Source: a virus
Lineage: Duplodnaviria; Heunggongvirae; Uroviricota; Caudoviricetes
Virus record (IMG/VR): IMGVR_UViG_2585427793_000015
Coordinates: 1-28,857 of that record
DNA: 28,857 nt
Direction: 5' to 3' (one strand)
Shown here: positions 25,506 through 28,857 of the stretch, in pieces
How the letters are laid out: each line of letters opens with the position of its first letter
Numbering within the stretch: position 1 is the first letter of the stretch
Position numbers and translations under genes: made by a program
The notes under the pieces: model-generated
What the model was told of the DNA's origin: nothing
Databases searched by the model: none
Seen by the model: the letters and a program-made list of their open reading frames with translations, nothing else

Positions 25506-26456
25506 CTACCAGTTCAGTAATTTAGGGTTGCTGTAAGCCTCCTTAAAAGCCGCCTTAATGTGACTTTTATTCAGGGATGAACCGGCACCTTTCGCCGCCA
25601 GCCACGCATGATTCAGTGTGTGAGTCAATACACGCAATCCCCCGGGCTTTTCGGCTACCCTCATCAGCAGGTCCAGCTCATCTTCCTGTGTTACTCCCCA
25701 TGCTTTGGCTACAGCCATCACATCAGTCTTTTTCACTTTGCGCAGTTGTTTTGTCATGGCAAAACGGCTGAACAGACGGGCCAGTTCATCAGTCCCACGA
25801 CGGGTGGCATCCGCCATCTGTTTCGGGTTGCCAATTAAAACCATCCCCACGCCAGTGGCATCCTGAATGGCGCGTAATTGCTCCAGACCATCCACACTTA
25901 AGTGATCAGCTTCATCAATAATCAGCAGGGGGTTAACACGTCCACTGGTTTCTTTTCCACCGCCCAGTTTTCTGCGAATGGCGCGGGTTATATTCCCCTT
26001 ATTTCTTCCCGGATTATTAATTTCCAGCGCATATGCTACTTCAAGGAGGCATTCCGTTACGCTCGAATGTGCCGGAGCAAGAGTCACCATCCAGGCATTA
26101 GCTGTTTTGCGGCAATATTCCCGGGCAGCAAAGGTTTTTCCGACACCCGGTACGCCAACAACGACACTGATAATCCCGAGTGAGCGCACTGTTTTAAACA
26201 GCTCATGCAAATCACAAAATGTCTGGGTCTTCACAACGCCGGGGGCACCTGACAAATTCTGCCCTTTCTGCCATACCCGATACCATTCCTGTAATTTGTC
26301 ATACATGCCTTCAACATTGCCTCTGTACTTTCCTTTGCGAAGATCAGAGAGAGTTGCCGGAGACATTCCGGCTTCATCAGCAATATCTTCCTGAGACTTG
26401 TCGCCCTCGTTAATCAAAGCGTTAATAGTGTTGAAAACATCATCAATATCAGTCAT
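25506..26456 (-). CDS. B: DNA transposition ATPase B (MuB-like, AAA+)
   Basis: 316-aa ORF with an N-terminal HTH region, Walker A (GVPGVGKT) and Walker B (LLIIDEADHL); GGAGG ribosome-binding site 8 nt upstream; follows the transposase gene. Confidence 0.9.
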   Translation of the reverse strand: MTDIDDVFNTINALINEGDKSQEDIADEAGMSPATLSDLRKGKYRGNVEGMYDKLQEWYRVWQKGQNLSGAPGVVKTQTFCDLHELFKTVRSLGIISVVVGVPGVGKTFAAREYCRKTANAWMVTLAPAHSSVTECLLEVAYALEINNPGRNKGNITRAIRRKLGGGKETSGRVNPLLIIDEADHLSVDGLEQLRAIQDATGVGMVLIGNPKQMADATRRGTDELARLFSRFAMTKQLRKVKKTDVMAVAKAWGVTQEDELDLLMRVAEKPGGLRVLTHTLNHAWLAAKGAGSSLNKSHIKAAFKEAYSNPKLLNW

Positions 26457-26500
26457 AGTATTTCCTCCATCATTACAGATTTACTTTGTTTTCCTTGTTT

Positions 26501-26530
26501 AACAGTCCGTTACCGCGGACTGTTTTTTAT
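26501..26530 (+). terminator. Plus-strand intrinsic-terminator-like hairpin in the A-B intergenic region
   Basis: AACAGTCCG-TTACCG-CGGACTGTT followed on the plus strand by TTTTAT (GTT TTTTAT); on the minus strand the same hairpin is not followed by a T-run. Confidence 0.45.
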
Positions 26531-28618
26531 TCAGGCCAGCGGATCATCTTCTTCCTGCATGGCAAAAAGTTTTTGCATCCCCAGCCTGAAATCGCGTTCA
26601 AATTCTTCGTCATGCTCTTCTTCATATTCCGGTTGCTGAACTGCCACCACATTACCAACCGGGCGATAAACATTATCCAGCCAGGGTTCGGCCTGTTTGT
26701 GTTCCAGAATCTGAATACCTTCATCTTCAGCATCACGAATTTTTTCCTCAGCACGTTTGCGCATTCCTTTAATACGCTGCTGCTGTTTGTGATATTCCGC
26801 ACTGACAGGGAAGGCTGCGCGTTTATTCCCGTTCCATATCGCCTCACAGATAAAGCTGTCGTCCTTACGTCGTACCGTAATTCGCTCGGCATCGTGAATG
26901 TCATAGCTGATAAGTACCTTACGGCCATGTTCATCACGCAGCTCTGGCGCGTAGTAAATATTGTTCAGCCACTGGATTTCGCAGCGTCTTACCGGACGCT
27001 CCACCATCGGGCGGAACATGTCGCGCAGCTCAAGATCACTCAGCCACTCAATTTCAGTGTCTTCTTCCGCTAAGCGTTTTTTTCTGAACTCTGCCGGGCT
27101 GTAATGCCGCCCGTTCGGTTTCATCGGCAGCTCAGAATGCGGGCGGTTGTTGTACCATTCCACGCCTTCACGAATAGCCTCGATAAGTTCCGCCCACGAT
27201 GGCAGCTCGCGCATTGCCGCTTTCTGGCGGTCGTTCAGTGGCTTGTCCTGTTGCAGGGTGTTAAACGCTGAACGCAGATCACGGTTAAGTACACGCAACG
27301 ATTCCCGGTCAGCACCTTTGCCAAAATAGGTGCGATACCTCCTGGCTATACGCATCGGCAGCGTCCGGTTCAGGCGTTCAATAATGCCGCGCCCCTGTGG
27401 ATTACCGGCAATACCGGTAGGGTGTTTAATCCCCAGACGGGGCAGAATCCCTACGACCTCTTTGTCCAGCATGTCAGCCGTTTCACCAGAACCGTTATCC
27501 GAGTAATACAGAAACGGTTTTCCGTGGTTGCGAATGCCATGCCGTATCGCTCCGGCAACAGCGAACACGTTCTCGGCAAGATCAAGACTCCAGCCAACCA
27601 CAAACCGGGTTCCACCGTCGATCACAAACGTGACTTCTGGTGAGAATGGACGTCCGTGGATCGGATGCGCACATTTCAGCTTCATACCGTGACCGTCACC
27701 AATCCAGACATAATTCACTGGCATAACTGTCCAGTCGCGGCGGGGGAACCCTTCAAGCTGACGGGATTCACTGCCGGTAACGCGTCCTTTTTGTTTCACC
27801 ACTTCCGGCAATTTCTTCATGGCATAACGAACCACATCGTAAGAAGGCATCACCTCCAGCATGTACGGTTCGTCTGCATGGCGACACTGCCATTCCGCGA
27901 CAAAATCCTCGTAGGCTTCTGACATAGGTCTGCCGTTAGCCTGGCGATACTGCGCCAGAAACTCAGGCAGCCAGCTGATTTCCTCGACTTTCACTTCGTC
28001 GCGTTTACCAGGTGCCAGTAACAGCAACCTTTCAGCGGCGTTTTGTGCTTTGTTAAATTCAGCTACCCAACGTTTGAGCGTAATTGCGCTCAGTGTTCGC
28101 TCTTTCCCTTTACGGGCATTAGCAGTAATGGCCAAAGATTCCAGACGTTCTTCCAGGTTACCCTGCGCTAACCGAGACACAATAAAACGTATAGCGCTGG
28201 CACAACTGAATCCCGGCTCCTGGCTGATTCGCAGAACTTCACAGACAAGAGCAATGCGCGCTTCTGCAACTTTACGTTGATTTTCCGTAAGCGCATTCAG
28301 ACGCTCTTCTACCAGTTGTGGCGAACCGCGATATGCCTCAACAGGCTGTACAACATTTTGTTTGCGTTCACGCTTTACAGGAGGCTGGGTAGTTATCTCC
28401 TGCGGTGCGGTTGCCATCAGTTGAGCTACATGGCGCTCACGTAACGCCCGCTGTGTAACCGGAGGGAGGCAGTCGATGCTGTATTCAATGGTTTTTGAAC
28501 CCGCACGTTTGCGCCTGAAATGCTCAGATGAGGCCAGTTTCCTTATGGAATACCGCACCCCTTGCGCAGTTCCCGGCATACCTGGTAGCCCTACAAGCTC
28601 ATTAACTGACACAAACAT
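26531..28618 (-). CDS. A: DDE transposase, MuA-like
   Basis: 695-aa ORF with an N-terminal DNA-binding region (LPGMPGTAQGVRYSIRKLA) and a central catalytic region; AAGGTGG ribosome-binding site; immediately downstream of ner. Confidence 0.9.
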   Translation of the reverse strand: MFVSVNELVGLPGMPGTAQGVRYSIRKLASSEHFRRKRAGSKTIEYSIDCLPPVTQRALRERHVAQLMATAPQEITTQPPVKRERKQNVVQPVEAYRGSPQLVEERLNALTENQRKVAEARIALVCEVLRISQEPGFSCASAIRFIVSRLAQGNLEERLESLAITANARKGKERTLSAITLKRWVAEFNKAQNAAERLLLLAPGKRDEVKVEEISWLPEFLAQYRQANGRPMSEAYEDFVAEWQCRHADEPYMLEVMPSYDVVRYAMKKLPEVVKQKGRVTGSESRQLEGFPRRDWTVMPVNYVWIGDGHGMKLKCAHPIHGRPFSPEVTFVIDGGTRFVVGWSLDLAENVFAVAGAIRHGIRNHGKPFLYYSDNGSGETADMLDKEVVGILPRLGIKHPTGIAGNPQGRGIIERLNRTLPMRIARRYRTYFGKGADRESLRVLNRDLRSAFNTLQQDKPLNDRQKAAMRELPSWAELIEAIREGVEWYNNRPHSELPMKPNGRHYSPAEFRKKRLAEEDTEIEWLSDLELRDMFRPMVERPVRRCEIQWLNNIYYAPELRDEHGRKVLISYDIHDAERITVRRKDDSFICEAIWNGNKRAAFPVSAEYHKQQQRIKGMRKRAEEKIRDAEDEGIQILEHKQAEPWLDNVYRPVGNVVAVQQPEYEEEHDEEFERDFRLGMQKLFAMQEEDDPLA

Positions 28619-28620
28619 TT

Positions 28621-28857
28621 TTATGCCACCTTACGAGCGTAACGGCTGGGCCAGATCTCCTCCGGCGCAACACCAATAGCATCAGCAATAATGCGCTCAT
28701 ATTTGGGGCATTTGCGGTACAGGGCATTCTTTAACGAATCCTGGTTTAAACCGGCTTCAATGGACAGAGCGCGTAAAGTAAAACCTTTTACATGCACCGC
28801 CGCGACAACATGCGCGGGGTGCCAGTCCTGCTTAACAACTTCATTTATAGACATCAT
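28621..28857 (-). CDS. ner: Ner-like DNA-binding regulator
   Basis: 78-aa ORF with Ner-family motifs (DWHPA.V.AA...G.TLRALS...G....L.NAL.R..PK.E.IIA.A.GV.PEEIWPSRY); start codon sits at the window edge. Confidence 0.8.
   Translation of the reverse strand: MMSINEVVKQDWHPAHVVAAVHVKGFTLRALSIEAGLNQDSLKNALYRKCPKYERIIADAIGVAPEEIWPSRYARKVA

Noticed and set aside
26486-27073. 195-aa plus-strand ORF
   Set aside because: Antisense to the transposase gene; Phe/Leu-rich with no motif.
1-28857. CRISPR arrays, tRNA/rRNA genes, integrase or att sites
   Set aside because: No regularly spaced direct repeats with unique spacers, no cloverleaf-compatible tRNA-like segments noticed, and no tyrosine/serine recombinase ORF; consistent with an internal segment of a Mu-type element. 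A tRNA/CRISPR scan would still be worth running.

Overview
The whole window lies inside a Mu-like transposable prophage, with every supportable gene on the minus strand, so the phage map runs right-to-left. From high to low coordinates: the early region (ner, transposase A, ATPase B, five small accessory ORFs, gam, two more accessory ORFs, gemA-like, Mor/C-family activator), an AT-rich secreted-protein gene where Mu carries C, a lysis cassette with a GH108-type endolysin, terminase and head genes (portal, F, protease/scaffold I, major head T), and tail genes (sheath, tube, chaperone, tape measure, N, baseplate gp44-gp48). The prophage ends are outside the window: the repressor and left end lie beyond 28857, the tail fibre and right end before position 1. 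No tRNA, rRNA or CRISPR array was seen. All protein calls rest on reading the supplied translations for family motifs, synteny with Mu, and start codons and ribosome-binding sites checked by eye; no database search was run. The most interesting signals are a conserved ~45-bp dyad-plus-T-run element upstream of both the endolysin and the protease gene, the secreted-protein moron coupled to mor, a mosaic early accessory island, and a probable frameshift at 23.1-23.6 kb.
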